Positions 28,398 through 38,056 of a stretch of 53,046 bases of DNA are shown piece after piece. The notes under the pieces were generated by a model. It saw only the letters and a program-made list of their open reading frames with translations. It was not told where the DNA came from and ran no database searches. The translations under genes were made by a program, and so were the position numbers. Numbering within the stretch: position 1 is the stretch's first letter; each line of letters starts with the position of its first letter. This stretch comes from a virus (Duplodnaviria; Caudoviricetes), in the IMG/VR virus record IMGVR_UViG_3300043112_000103, positions 1 through 53,046 of that record; one strand, given 5' to 3'.

Positions 28398-28571
28398 ATG
28401 GCAGTTTTGGCGGTTGTATTTTACGGACTTGGTTTTCCTACACTCACTTGGCTAATTGCGATTGCTGGACTGCTGTGGGATACTCACAAGATTTTAAGTT
28501 GGCTAGAAGAACACAAACGAGGATATTATATGATTGGCGGAAAAAAACGACATATAAAGGAGAAGTGGTAA
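28398..28571 (+). CDS. Small membrane protein (57 aa; not in track)
   Basis: AGGAGGTG site; hydrophobic N-half. Confidence 0.6.
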   Translation: MAVLAVVFYGLGFPTLTWLIAIAGLLWDTHKILSWLEEHKRGYYMIGGKKRHIKEKW

Positions 28572-28572
28572 A

Positions 28573-29079
28573 ATGAAATTAGCAAAAGAACTGGCAAAAG
28601 AGTTCAGAGGAAAAAGAAACTTATTAGTAGAAAAAGACGGCAATGGAAAATACTGGGTTTCCGATACTTATATCGCTGTGCTTCTTGACCCATATGATTA
28701 CGGAGAATTTAAAGCGAAATATAACAGCTATAAAACTACAAAAAGTATTCCGGAGGATATTGAACACGCAATTAAAATTGTCGCCGGCGAACTCACTTTA
28801 CACGACGAAGAAATAATGCCCAACGTTGTAAGCGACCAACTAGACCACAGGGTGCAAACGACTGACGAAGTGATTGCAAGTTTAGGCCAGCCCGGAATTA
28901 GAAGATTAGTTTCCAACGATTTAGGTGATATTTATATGAGTCGAGATTTTGAATTTTTACTAACTGGCCCGTATGATAGCCCGGAAATATATACTTCCGG
29001 AAAACTACAACCGCTCCATATTTTAGAAAACGGCCACTTACGAGCTTTAATAATGCCTGTCAGAGGAATTGATAAATAA
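28573..29079 (+). CDS. Hypothetical protein ending LIMPVR (beta-clamp C-terminus-like)
   Basis: 168 aa; P..I......ALIMPVR resembles the DnaN terminal strand. Confidence 0.6.
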   Translation: MKLAKELAKEFRGKRNLLVEKDGNGKYWVSDTYIAVLLDPYDYGEFKAKYNSYKTTKSIPEDIEHAIKIVAGELTLHDEEIMPNVVSDQLDHRVQTTDEVIASLGQPGIRRLVSNDLGDIYMSRDFEFLLTGPYDSPEIYTSGKLQPLHILENGHLRALIMPVRGIDK

Positions 29080-29258
29080 TGGGTTGTGAATATGAATGTA
29101 AATACGTTGACGTTGCCGAGGATTGTTGCAGGACTTTTTACTTTACAGCCGGCCCGCACGAAAATCCATTACTGCGGGCCAAAGAAATTTTACAGGATAA
29201 GAACGTAGAATACAGAAACATTATTTTAAAAATTGATATGGAAGGCGGGTTACTATGA
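29079..29258 (+). CDS. Hypothetical 59-aa protein (not in track)
   Basis: Overlap-coupled to both neighbours. Confidence 0.5.
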   Translation: MGCEYECKYVDVAEDCCRTFYFTAGPHENPLLRAKEILQDKNVEYRNIILKIDMEGGLL

Positions 29259-30238
29259 TAATTCACAACTCTGGAATAAAGGCATTTAAAGAATGTCGCA
29301 GGAAATGGTACTTACGAGAAAATTACAAACCAATTAAAATAAACGATAATTTGTTTCTTGGCTCGGGAATACACTACTCACTCGAGAAATATTATGCGGA
29401 AGGACAGCATTTACAAGAAGCATTTTTGGAGTGGTTTGACAAGCAGTTACAGGAACTTGAAATTTGGGAAGAACAAATGGATATGCTTAACGAGAAAAAA
29501 GAACTTGGATTAGGAATGTTAAAGCACTATAAGATATTCTCGGATAATAATGACAGCGATTATTTCGAAAAAGTGATAGACACAGAAATTGATTTTGAAA
29601 TTCCTGTGAGAAATTTAAAAGGGAATAAAACCAATTGTAAATATGCGGGAACTGTCGACGGTTTAGCGGTGGACGAGTTCGGAATGTATTGGCTTCTAGA
29701 ACACAAAACCGCAAGCAGAATTGACACAACGCACTTACCGCTTGACGAGCAGGTTGTGAGGTATATTTGGGCAATGCAAGAAAAGTTGGGAATTGAGATT
29801 TCCGGCGTAATTTATAATATTTTACTCAAAAAGACGCCCACTGAGCCGAGAGTTTTAAAAAGTGGTGCTTTATCGAAGGCAAAGAATATAAAAACGACTT
29901 TCGACGCTTACGTGAACAGCTTGATTACCCATTACGGAGGAATTGAAAAAGTTCCTTTTGCGGAATATAATGACATATTGACTGACCTTAGAAGCAGAGA
30001 TAATGAATTTTTTAAGCGGGTTAAGGTAGAAAAAACGCAACACGAAATACAGGATATTGCAAAGAGGACTTACCTTGAATATAAAGAAATGTCAAATCCG
30101 CAGTTAAGAATGTTCCCTTCCCCAACACGACAATGCAACTGGAAGTGTGATTTTAGAGAAGTTTGCATAGCAATGAATCAAGGTTTAGATTATGAATATA
30201 TGCTAGAAAAAAGTTTCAATAAGGTTGAGGAAGATTAA
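29255..30238 (+). CDS. PD-(D/E)XK exonuclease (Cas4/AddB-like)
   Basis: F..C.RKWY, G..IH, GTVD....LEHKT, Q...Y, C-terminal C.W.C....C. Confidence 0.88.
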   Translation: MIIHNSGIKAFKECRRKWYLRENYKPIKINDNLFLGSGIHYSLEKYYAEGQHLQEAFLEWFDKQLQELEIWEEQMDMLNEKKELGLGMLKHYKIFSDNNDSDYFEKVIDTEIDFEIPVRNLKGNKTNCKYAGTVDGLAVDEFGMYWLLEHKTASRIDTTHLPLDEQVVRYIWAMQEKLGIEISGVIYNILLKKTPTEPRVLKSGALSKAKNIKTTFDAYVNSLITHYGGIEKVPFAEYNDILTDLRSRDNEFFKRVKVEKTQHEIQDIAKRTYLEYKEMSNPQLRMFPSPTRQCNWKCDFREVCIAMNQGLDYEYMLEKSFNKVEED

Positions 30239-30289
30239 GAAATATGTTATAATATAATTATAAACTAATGAAAAAGTTGCTAATAACTC

Positions 30290-30318
30290 TTGAAAAGTTT
30301 AAAAGAATATGTTATAAT
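30290..30318 (+). promoter_or_regulatory. Sigma-A-like promoter with AGAATATG box
   Basis: TTGAAA-17-TATAAT, extended -10. Confidence 0.75.
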
Positions 30319-30347
30319 CATCTTATAAGTTAAAAGGAGGTGCAAAA

Positions 30348-30506
30348 ATGAAAGGATTGAAAAGTAAAGGTTTAGAGGAAGTTGAAGCCGTTCAAAAACG
30401 GATTATAAAATTATACGGACTTGGAAGATTGGATGACAAGGAATTTGAAACGCTGAATGAAAAAGTGATGGGACTAAAAAATGCAATGAAGGAGGTGATT
30501 GAGTAA
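30348..30506 (+). CDS. Hypothetical 52-aa protein (not in track)
   Basis: AAGGAGGTG site. Confidence 0.65.
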   Translation: MKGLKSKGLEEVEAVQKRIIKLYGLGRLDDKEFETLNEKVMGLKNAMKEVIE

Positions 30507-31349
30507 ATGCCAAAACTTACTAAACCGGAAAAAGTTGGATATATTAATATGCTAGTTTACGGCGACCCGGGTTCTGGAAAAACTGTTTTTGCAGGCTCGG
30601 CAGATGCTAATGAGGAAACTGGAAGAACATTATTTCTTGACGCTGAAAGTGGTAAAACTTCTCTTTACGAATTTTACCCGGATATTGATGTCGTGCCAAT
30701 CCACAGTATAAAGGATTTTCAAGAAGTTTATGACTTCCTACACACTCATTTGAGATTGAAAGCAATTTTTGACGGAACTAAATCTCACAAGAAGGTCAGT
30801 CCGGAACAGGCCAAAGAAAAAATGGCTGAACTGGAAGCTAAAGTTTTTGGGAGTAATCGGGCCGAAGCAAGAATTTATAACTCTGTGGCAATGGATACTT
30901 TCACAGAAATGCAAAAGTATGTAATGGCCGATATCCAAGGACTTGACACAGAAAAACTGGACTTGATTAGCAAAGAAATTGATATGCCAAAGTTACAAGA
31001 TTGGGGCAAAAATTCAGAAGCGTGCCGTTCTATTGCCCGGGCGTTCAGAAACTTAGAAATGCATACGATTTTAACAACTCACGCCCAAGACAGCAAGGAC
31101 GATAAAACAGGTGCAAACCACACTTTACCGGACTTACCCGGAAAACTGGCCCGTCAGATAATGGGTTTTGTAGATATAGTCGGATATTTATATACTGCTG
31201 AAAATGAGGAAGAAGAAAATGATGATTTCAGAAACATTCTTCTCACTAGACCCAAAGGCAGATATTCCGCAAAAGATAGATTTGATAAACTGGGCGACCA
31301 TATTGAATTGCCGACTATAGAAAAGATTTTTAACTTAATAAATGCTTAA
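30507..31349 (+). CDS. Sak4-like AAA recombination ATPase
   Basis: LVYGDPGSGKT, LDAE.G, DWG, D.VGY, AKDR. Confidence 0.85.
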   Translation: MPKLTKPEKVGYINMLVYGDPGSGKTVFAGSADANEETGRTLFLDAESGKTSLYEFYPDIDVVPIHSIKDFQEVYDFLHTHLRLKAIFDGTKSHKKVSPEQAKEKMAELEAKVFGSNRAEARIYNSVAMDTFTEMQKYVMADIQGLDTEKLDLISKEIDMPKLQDWGKNSEACRSIARAFRNLEMHTILTTHAQDSKDDKTGANHTLPDLPGKLARQIMGFVDIVGYLYTAENEEEENDDFRNILLTRPKGRYSAKDRFDKLGDHIELPTIEKIFNLINA

Positions 31350-31374
31350 CCAAAAAAACTAGGAGGAACAAATT

Positions 31375-31800
31375 ATGACAATTAATGTAGATTTTTCGGG
31401 AGTACAGGCAAACGACGGAAATTTTGACCCGCTACCAGACGGAATTTATAACTGTTCAGTTTTCGAAGTTGTTGTGAAAGAGAATAAGGCCAAAGACGGC
31501 CACTATCTTAACTGGCAATTAAAGGTGCAGGACAGCGGTTACGCAAATAGAAGATTATTCTTTACAACCAGTCTGAAACCACAGGCACTTTGGAAATTGA
31601 AGCAGGTTTTAATAAGATTAGCTCCGGACAAAGAATGGGACGGCAAACTTTCAATAGAAGCGATTATCAATACAGTTGAAGGACTTCCCTGCCGAGCAGA
31701 GGTTTCTTATAATGATGAATATGATAACAATAATGTTGATGATTTATTAGCTCCCGCCGGGGAAATGGGAGAGGACGAGGACGACGATTTACCAATTTAA
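31375..31800 (+). CDS. Single-stranded DNA-binding protein (DUF669-type)
   Basis: FDPLP.G.Y, acidic tail DDDLPI, follows Sak4-like gene. Confidence 0.85.
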   Translation: MTINVDFSGVQANDGNFDPLPDGIYNCSVFEVVVKENKAKDGHYLNWQLKVQDSGYANRRLFFTTSLKPQALWKLKQVLIRLAPDKEWDGKLSIEAIINTVEGLPCRAEVSYNDEYDNNNVDDLLAPAGEMGEDEDDDLPI

Positions 31801-31819
31801 GAACTGAAAATAAAATAGG

Positions 31820-31849
31820 AAGGGGCGGTTTAAAAACTGCCTCTTTTTC
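31820..31849 (+). terminator. Intrinsic terminator
   Basis: AGGGGCGGTTT/AAACTGCCTCT plus T-run. Confidence 0.7.
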
Positions 31850-31859
31850 TATAAGCGAG

Positions 31860-32369
31860 GTGGGCAAAATTAGCGATAATGAGAAAATCTTTATAGGGCT
31901 TGCTTTCATATTTTTGACGCTTATGATTATCACGATACTAATGGCGGTTAAATACGAGGACTTGGATATAGCTTACAAAAAACTGGAACAGAAAAATGAA
32001 AAATTATCTAATCATATTTCTTTCCTCGAGAAAACTCTAGAAAATATAAACACGCAAAAGGAAGTAAATTATATGTGGGGAACAGCGACCGCTTATACAC
32101 CAAGCGAGGGCGGAATAAATTCAGACAGCGACCCGGAAGTAACAGCAACAATGACACCGGCAAAAAATGGAGTTATAGCTGTAAATCCACGAGTGATTCC
32201 TTACGGCTCGGAAGTAATGATAATTCATAATAATACCGTAGTCAGAGGAAGGGCCGAGGATACAGGTGGAGCAATGAGAAAAAATCCGAAGCAAGTAGAT
32301 ATTCTAATGGAAGATATTACTGACGCTGTGAACTGGGGCCGGAAGGAAGTGCATATAATATGGTGGTAA
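31860..32369 (+). CDS. Membrane-anchored 3D-domain cell-wall protein
   Basis: TM plus coiled coil; TATAY, IAVNP.VIPYGS, AEDTGGA, VDI, WGRK. Confidence 0.85.
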   Translation: MGKISDNEKIFIGLAFIFLTLMIITILMAVKYEDLDIAYKKLEQKNEKLSNHISFLEKTLENINTQKEVNYMWGTATAYTPSEGGINSDSDPEVTATMTPAKNGVIAVNPRVIPYGSEVMIIHNNTVVRGRAEDTGGAMRKNPKQVDILMEDITDAVNWGRKEVHIIWW

Positions 32370-32548
32370 AAGATTGCATAAACTGTAAACACAATATAGA
32401 AATGAGTGAAGGAGATTTAGTGTGTGCTCCAGCTTTTGCTAAAGGAGAACTACTTGCTTGGTGTGATTTTTATAATACATCTATTAAAGAGATTTTGTCA
32501 GAAGACCCGGAACTTGAAAAATGCACGGATTTTGTTCCGAATGAGTGA
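32360..32548 (+). CDS. Small Cys-rich protein
   Basis: CxxC, GTG start. Confidence 0.55.
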   Translation: MVVKDCINCKHNIEMSEGDLVCAPAFAKGELLAWCDFYNTSIKEILSEDPELEKCTDFVPNE

Positions 32549-32726
32549 TTTCATAGACTTTGACACCGGGGAACTTATCACAGAAAAGCAGGCCGAGGAA
32601 ATAGAAATGCTGGAAGAATATTTCGAATTTGAAATTCCTGTTGGGAAAATAGAAAAGTACAAAGATATTAGAAGGGATATTGAAAATATCAAATTGGAAG
32701 ATTATGACTTACCTTGGGAGGTCTAA
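32541..32726 (+). CDS. Very acidic small protein
   Basis: MSDFIDFDTGE...DLPWEV. Confidence 0.55.
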   Translation: MSDFIDFDTGELITEKQAEEIEMLEEYFEFEIPVGKIEKYKDIRRDIENIKLEDYDLPWEV

Positions 32727-32727
32727 A

Positions 32728-32880
32728 ATGAATAATAAGGAAACTTGCAGACAGTGTAATAAAGAATTTGAATATTTAGATATTTACCCACACACAGAAG
32801 GCTTTTGTTCTGTTGCTTGCCACGAAAAGTGGAAGAAAGAATATGATAATTATGTTGACCCATACAATGCTTATCATTAA
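32728..32880 (+). CDS. Small zinc-finger-like protein
   Basis: CxxC...FCSxxC; GGGAGG site. Confidence 0.6.
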   Translation: MNNKETCRQCNKEFEYLDIYPHTEGFCSVACHEKWKKEYDNYVDPYNAYH

Positions 32881-33046
32881 AGGAGGTCAAAAATGACTTG
32901 CATGATTTGTGGAAAAACTTGGGTAACTGATGATAGTGTTTGGGAATGGGGTTTATGTGAAAAATGCTCAAAAAAGAAAAAGGAGGTCAAAAATGACTTG
33001 CGTTTATGTGAAAAATGCTCAAAAAAGAAAAAGGAGGTCAAAAATG
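32879..33046 (+). repeat. Direct repeats (45 bp x2; AGGAGGTCAAAAATG x3)
   Basis: 32951-32995 identical to 33002-33046. Confidence 0.9.
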
Positions 33047-33051
33047 GATAA
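32893..33051 (+). CDS. 52-aa zinc-finger peptide with duplicated C-terminus
   Basis: MTCMIC...LCEKCSKKKKEVKN repeated twice; AGGAGG site. Confidence 0.6.
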   Translation: MTCMICGKTWVTDDSVWEWGLCEKCSKKKKEVKNDLRLCEKCSKKKKEVKNG

Positions 33052-33124
33052 CATTTTTGGTTGGGTTTTAGTAATAGGTGCATTTATCATAATGGCTGCT
33101 ACAAGGGAGTAAAGGAGGAAAATT

Positions 33125-33322
33125 ATGACTGAACGTAAAAAAGGCAGTATATTAATTGATATTGATAGTTCAGCATTTGAAGTTATACAAGTTGCAAAAT
33201 GCAGACAATGTGATGGATTAAAATATTATGGAAAAGATTTAGAAACTGGCGTATTTGGTTGGTGGCACGAAGCTGAAGTGGTTGGAACTGAAGAAGAAGT
33301 TTATAAAGGAGGTAAAAAATGA
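33125..33322 (+). CDS. Hypothetical protein
   Basis: AAGGAGG site. Confidence 0.65.
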   Translation: MTERKKGSILIDIDSSAFEVIQVAKCRQCDGLKYYGKDLETGVFGWWHEAEVVGTEEEVYKGGKK

Positions 33323-33489
33323 AAGCTGATGATTGTAAAGTTAAATGTCCGGAGTGCGGATATGAAGATTACCCGAGAATTACAAAAAGTTATGAACAGG
33401 ATGACCGGGACGGTAATAGGGGAATTGAAATTACTTTTATTGAATGTGCTAATTGCGGAGCTGATTTGAAAGGGGTGCTTGAAAATTAA
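33319..33489 (+). CDS. Zinc-ribbon protein (56 aa; not in track)
   Basis: CPECG...CANCG; AGGAGG site. Confidence 0.65.
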   Translation: MKADDCKVKCPECGYEDYPRITKSYEQDDRDGNRGIEITFIECANCGADLKGVLEN

Positions 33490-33697
33490 AGTAACTGAAT
33501 GGCAAGTAGAGATACCGTCGGGCCAATGCCCGTTTACCGAATTTCCTTATAACTATTCACAGAATAAAACTGATATGATTTGTAATATAAAACGGGCTCA
33601 AGAACTGCCGGAAGTTTTTTGTGAGGAAGAAACCTGTCCTTTGAAAACAGAAAAATTAAAACACTTTACCGGATTTTTTATGCAAGGAGGTGAATAA
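33479..33697 (+). CDS. Small Cys-containing protein
   Basis: CPF...C...CPL; TTG start. Confidence 0.6.
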   Translation: MKIKVTEWQVEIPSGQCPFTEFPYNYSQNKTDMICNIKRAQELPEVFCEEETCPLKTEKLKHFTGFFMQGGE

Positions 33698-33952
33698 ATG
33701 AAAGTAAAATGCGACGAATGTAACGCTGAATTTGAGTTCAAGTTTCCGCAGAGTAGAGAAATCAATGACAAAGTAACTGAAATTTATTTTGTGTGTCCAG
33801 AATGCGGGGCTGAATATCACAGCTTTTACAGGACGCCGGAAGTTGATAATTTAATGAGGCAGAACAGATGTTTGACTGACCGAACATTAATCAGAAAAAA
33901 CAAGGAAAAGATTGAAAAAATACAAAGGGAAATTGGTGATGAATTTGCCTAA
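33698..33952 (+). CDS. Zinc-ribbon protein
   Basis: CDEC...YF.CPECG. Confidence 0.7.
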   Translation: MKVKCDECNAEFEFKFPQSREINDKVTEIYFVCPECGAEYHSFYRTPEVDNLMRQNRCLTDRTLIRKNKEKIEKIQREIGDEFA

Positions 33953-34112
33953 TCTAATGGAGCCAGAATACGAAATCGAACATTCAGAATTTTTAGCCCA
34001 AAGACTTGGTTTTATATCAAATTTTGGCCGCAACAATGTTCAGTATAAAAGAATGAGAGAGGATTTACTTAAAATGAGAGATAATTTAAAGGAGGATTTT
34101 ATTAATGATTAA
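33939..34112 (+). CDS. Hypothetical protein
   Basis: Overlap-coupled ORF. Confidence 0.5.
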   Translation: MNLPNLMEPEYEIEHSEFLAQRLGFISNFGRNNVQYKRMREDLLKMRDNLKEDFIND

Positions 34113-34674
34113 ATTTGACGTATTTTCTTGGTTAGTCCGGGAGGACAAATACTTGGTTTTAATTGATGAAACCGGGCAACCAATTCCGGGAACGGAACAG
34201 CAGATAAGGAAAAATCCAATAATTCCTGCTTGGATTGATGTCAAAAAAGTAAGGCAAATTGGAATTGCTGAAAGCGAAACAGATAAATTACTGTGGCTTA
34301 GTGAGAATTTTCATTTAGCCAAAGGAGAAAGTATTCAGCTAATCAAGGAAAGACGGGAAAGTCCAATTAAAAGGGTCGTTACTCACGAGGAAGATACCGT
34401 CAGTCTTCCCGAGGTAAAACACCATTTCGAAGCTGGCGAAATTGTAATATTTATGAGTTCAGATGGCGACGGCATTTATAAACTCTCAAATGTCGGAGAA
34501 GTCAATCGTAAAAGTTACGCTTTTGTGCATATTTTAGGAGAAAACTGGGCTAATGGAAGCAATCATAATATCACAGCTTTAGTTACCGAGGCTTCTGATT
34601 TTGGCAAAATCTTGGTTTTCCAAAATGCAGAAATTTACGTTGAATGGCTTCACGAGTATTATATCGGAAAATAA
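34105..34674 (+). CDS. Hypothetical protein; C-half resembles 42701..43015
   Basis: IYKL..V.....YAF..I.G..W.NGS...LVF.N..Y.EWL shared with 42701..43015. Confidence 0.7.
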   Translation: MIKFDVFSWLVREDKYLVLIDETGQPIPGTEQQIRKNPIIPAWIDVKKVRQIGIAESETDKLLWLSENFHLAKGESIQLIKERRESPIKRVVTHEEDTVSLPEVKHHFEAGEIVIFMSSDGDGIYKLSNVGEVNRKSYAFVHILGENWANGSNHNITALVTEASDFGKILVFQNAEIYVEWLHEYYIGK

Positions 34675-34690
34675 AAGGAGGGAAATTTAC

Positions 34691-35281
34691 TTGAAAATTA
34701 TAAAACCGCAAGCGGAATTAATAAATGAAAGTCCAAATTTAATAAAAACTATCGCAATGGCCGCAAAATTAACACATTCTGAAACTGTGGATTTTGAAAT
34801 GACCGGCCCGGAAGCTGAAAGGCTCACGAGAAAAATGATTGAGCTGGGCCACACTTCCACACTCGAGCATATTTTATTTACCTTTATAATAAAATGTTCC
34901 CGGGTCTGCTCTCACCAGATAGTAAGACACAGAATTGGTTGCAGTTATTCCCAACGTTCTGAACGTTACGTAGAACAGGATAATATGGAAGTTGTGATAC
35001 CGCCGGAAATTGAGAAAAGCGAGCCACAGAAAGAAGTATTTCTCGACCATTTCAGAAGGGCACAGGAGCTTTATGAAGGTTACAGAACATTAGCTGTGAA
35101 AAAGGAGGACGCAAGATTTGTATTACCAAGAGTTGGTACGCAAATTATGATGTCAATTAACGGCCGGGCAATTCGACATTTTATAAATTTACGTGATGAC
35201 CCAGCGGCCCAATGGGAAATTCAAGAAATCGCAAAACAAATGAAAGAGCAAATTCCGGAGGTGTTGACTTATGACTTGTAA
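34691..35281 (+). CDS. thyX: FAD-dependent thymidylate synthase
   Basis: GH.S.LEH, SR..SHQ.VRHR..SYSQRS.RY, EDARFVLP, AQWEI; TTG after AGGAGGG. Confidence 0.95.
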   Translation: MKIIKPQAELINESPNLIKTIAMAAKLTHSETVDFEMTGPEAERLTRKMIELGHTSTLEHILFTFIIKCSRVCSHQIVRHRIGCSYSQRSERYVEQDNMEVVIPPEIEKSEPQKEVFLDHFRRAQELYEGYRTLAVKKEDARFVLPRVGTQIMMSINGRAIRHFINLRDDPAAQWEIQEIAKQMKEQIPEVLTYDL

Positions 35282-35636
35282 ACTAGAAGATATTTTCGAC
35301 GACGCTTTAGAAACTTACAACCGCAAAAATAATGATTACGGCAATAGCTTTTCCCTGCTTTACCGAGAATACGGAATGCTATCTGTGGTAATTCGTTTAA
35401 GCGATAAAATTAATAGACTAAAGGCGTTGGAAAAAGCTGACATCAAACAGCGGGTAAAAGACGAATCAATCGAGGACACGCTGGAAGATTTAATGAATTA
35501 CGCCGCAATGACTTTGCTTGAAAGGAGGAAAATAGAAGCAGAAAAGCACAGCGGTTTTAATAAATTTGGTGTCAAGACATTTGACAGAGCAATGGGAACG
35601 CTGGGGAAGGCACTTAATAATGAGAGGGGAAAATAA
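35271..35636 (+). CDS. Nucleotide-modification-associated domain (Nmad1/DUF1599-like) protein
   Basis: RKN.DYGNSF...RL.DK..RL...DESIEDTL.DL.NYA. Confidence 0.8.
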   Translation: MTCKLEDIFDDALETYNRKNNDYGNSFSLLYREYGMLSVVIRLSDKINRLKALEKADIKQRVKDESIEDTLEDLMNYAAMTLLERRKIEAEKHSGFNKFGVKTFDRAMGTLGKALNNERGK

Positions 35637-35640
35637 ATAA

Positions 35641-37965
35641 ATGCTGATAATAAAAAGAAACGGTGAAGAAGTAACTTTTGACAAATCTAAAATCGAAAGA
35701 GTCTTGACTAATGTATTTCTAGAATATAACAAAGTCGAGGAAAATGTTGTGAAAGACTTGGCTGATATAATCACAGGAAAAGTGGGCGACGGAATGCACG
35801 TTGAAGAAATACAGGATATAGTCGAGAACTCTCTGATTGAATATGGTTACGTGGAGCTGGCTAAGGCTTATATCAAATATCGAGAAAATAAAAATAAAAC
35901 GAGAAATAAAAGATATAAAAAGGGCGGGCTAAGTAAGGAATTTTTGAGCAAATACAAGCACAAAAAAGACCCGTTCCCAACTGAACTTGGAAAGTTCATT
36001 TATTACAGGACGTATTCCCGCTGGCTTCCGGAAGAACAACGCCGGGAATATTGGTGGGAAACAGTCAAGCGGGCTGTGGAATATAATTGCAGTTTAGCAC
36101 CGACTTCTCAAAAAGAAATGGAGGAACTTTTCGACCGGGTTTATAATTTCAAAAACTTTTTAGCCGGCCGTACTCTGTGGACAGGCGGAACAGAAGCAAG
36201 CAGAAAATACCCAATGAGTAACTATAACTGTTCATTTACGGTCGTTGATAATTTCAAATCGTATGAAGATTTATTTTACTTGCTACTAATCGGAGCGGGA
36301 GTTGGTGTCAGAGTTTTACGTGAGGACGTTGAAAAACTGCCGCCGGTTAGAACAGATATCGAAGTCAAGCACGAATATTATTCTCCTGTGGCTAAATCAG
36401 AACGGGCGGAATTTTCAAGATATGAGTTCAATGATGAAAACACTGCGGCCAGCATATATGTAGGGGATTCCAAAGAAGCGTGGGTGCAGGCGTTGAAAAT
36501 ATTATTTGAATTTTTGACTAAGCACGAATACCGTTCAATAAATGAACTCTATTTTAATTATAATTCAGTCCGGCCTAAAGGGGAACGCTTGAAAACTTTT
36601 GGTGGAACTGCTTCCGGACACGAAAGTATCAAGAAAATGTTCGATAAAATTGATATGGTTTTAAAGCAGAAAAAGGAAAACAAGGTAAAATTGAAACCAC
36701 TTGACTGTCTAGATATTGCAAATATAATCGGCGAGAATGTTGTGTCGGGTGGTGTCAGAAGAACTTCCGAAATTGGTTTATTCGACGCTGATAATGAAAA
36801 TATAAAATCTGCTAAAAGTGAGTTATATACTCAAGTTGACGGCGAGTGGCAGATTGACGAAAAAATAGAGCACAGGCAAATGAGTAATAATTCTATTTAC
36901 TATAAAGAGAAACCTACCCGGGAACAGTTAAATTGGCATATCAAGAAAATGCGTTATTCCGGTGAGCCGGGTTTCATAAATGCAGAAGAAGGTGCAAGAC
37001 GCCGGGAAAATTTCAAAGGCGTAAATCCTTGTGCGGAAATCTTGCTTGACGGCAACGGCGTTTGTAATCTAGTTTCTTTGAATGTGAAAGCATTTGTTAA
37101 AAACGGCGATATTGATTTTGAGGATTTAATGAAATCACAGAGAATGAATGTTCGTTCCGCTTATAGAATGGCCTTAGTAGAATTTGAACTGCCAGAGTGG
37201 GATTATGTGAACAGCCGGGACAGGTTGGTGGGCCTAAGTCTTACAGGTTGGCAGGACGCAATGAACGCTTTAGGCTGGGAAAATGAGAAAGAAAAACAGG
37301 TAGGGTTATTGAGGAATTTGAAAAAAGTTGCCGAGGAAGAAGCAGAAAAAGTTGCGGCAGAATATGACGACGAAGTTCCGGTGCTTGTAACGACTGTGAA
37401 ACCGGAAGGAACACAAACTCAAATGCCAACAGTTTCCAGCGGCTTACATTATAATCACTCTGCTTATTATATCCGCCGGGTAAGAATTTCAGCTTCCGAC
37501 CCACTGGTAAAAGTGGCCGAGGAATTAGACTGGAATGTAAAAGACGAAGTGGGCGACAATCCGAACACAAAAGTTTTGGAATTTCCTGTCAAAGCTCCGA
37601 AGGGAAAAATCAAATCAGACGTTTCCGCAATTGAACAGCTAGAAACTTATAAAATGTTTATGAAGGAATACGTCGACCACAACGCTTCAATTACAATCCA
37701 CGTTCGAGATAATGAATGGGAGGCCGTAGAACAATGGCTGTGGGAAAATTGGGATTCAGTTGTTGGCGTGAGTTTCATTTCTTACGACGATAATTTTTAC
37801 GACCTGATGCCTTATGAAGAAATCACAGAAAAGGAATATCAAGAAATGGCCAAAAATATGAACACTTTCAAAACTCACTTGGTAAATAAATATGAGAGAG
37901 AACATCAAAAAGAACGGGAATTGGAACAAGACGAATGCGAAAATGGTGTTTGTCCTGTTCGATAG
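35641..37965 (+). CDS. nrdJ: Class II (B12-dependent) ribonucleoside-triphosphate reductase with ATP cone
   Basis: IIKRNG..V.FD..KI cone; RTYSR, NCSF, GGVRR, NPCAEI, TVKPEGT, C-terminal CENGVCPVR; no small-subunit gene. Confidence 0.93.
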   Translation: MLIIKRNGEEVTFDKSKIERVLTNVFLEYNKVEENVVKDLADIITGKVGDGMHVEEIQDIVENSLIEYGYVELAKAYIKYRENKNKTRNKRYKKGGLSKEFLSKYKHKKDPFPTELGKFIYYRTYSRWLPEEQRREYWWETVKRAVEYNCSLAPTSQKEMEELFDRVYNFKNFLAGRTLWTGGTEASRKYPMSNYNCSFTVVDNFKSYEDLFYLLLIGAGVGVRVLREDVEKLPPVRTDIEVKHEYYSPVAKSERAEFSRYEFNDENTAASIYVGDSKEAWVQALKILFEFLTKHEYRSINELYFNYNSVRPKGERLKTFGGTASGHESIKKMFDKIDMVLKQKKENKVKLKPLDCLDIANIIGENVVSGGVRRTSEIGLFDADNENIKSAKSELYTQVDGEWQIDEKIEHRQMSNNSIYYKEKPTREQLNWHIKKMRYSGEPGFINAEEGARRRENFKGVNPCAEILLDGNGVCNLVSLNVKAFVKNGDIDFEDLMKSQRMNVRSAYRMALVEFELPEWDYVNSRDRLVGLSLTGWQDAMNALGWENEKEKQVGLLRNLKKVAEEEAEKVAAEYDDEVPVLVTTVKPEGTQTQMPTVSSGLHYNHSAYYIRRVRISASDPLVKVAEELDWNVKDEVGDNPNTKVLEFPVKAPKGKIKSDVSAIEQLETYKMFMKEYVDHNASITIHVRDNEWEAVEQWLWENWDSVVGVSFISYDDNFYDLMPYEEITEKEYQEMAKNMNTFKTHLVNKYEREHQKERELEQDECENGVCPVR

Positions 37966-38056
37966 CAGAGTAGTATTTTGGGCTGTTGTGATTTGGGCAG
38001 TTGTGATTATTCATTTGACAGGTGAGAAGTTAAAATAAATATATAAATGGAGGAAT

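Noticed and set aside
29255-30238. Cas4-like nuclease as part of a CRISPR system
   Set aside because: Sits with Sak4-like ATPase and SSB, a standard recombination module; no cas genes
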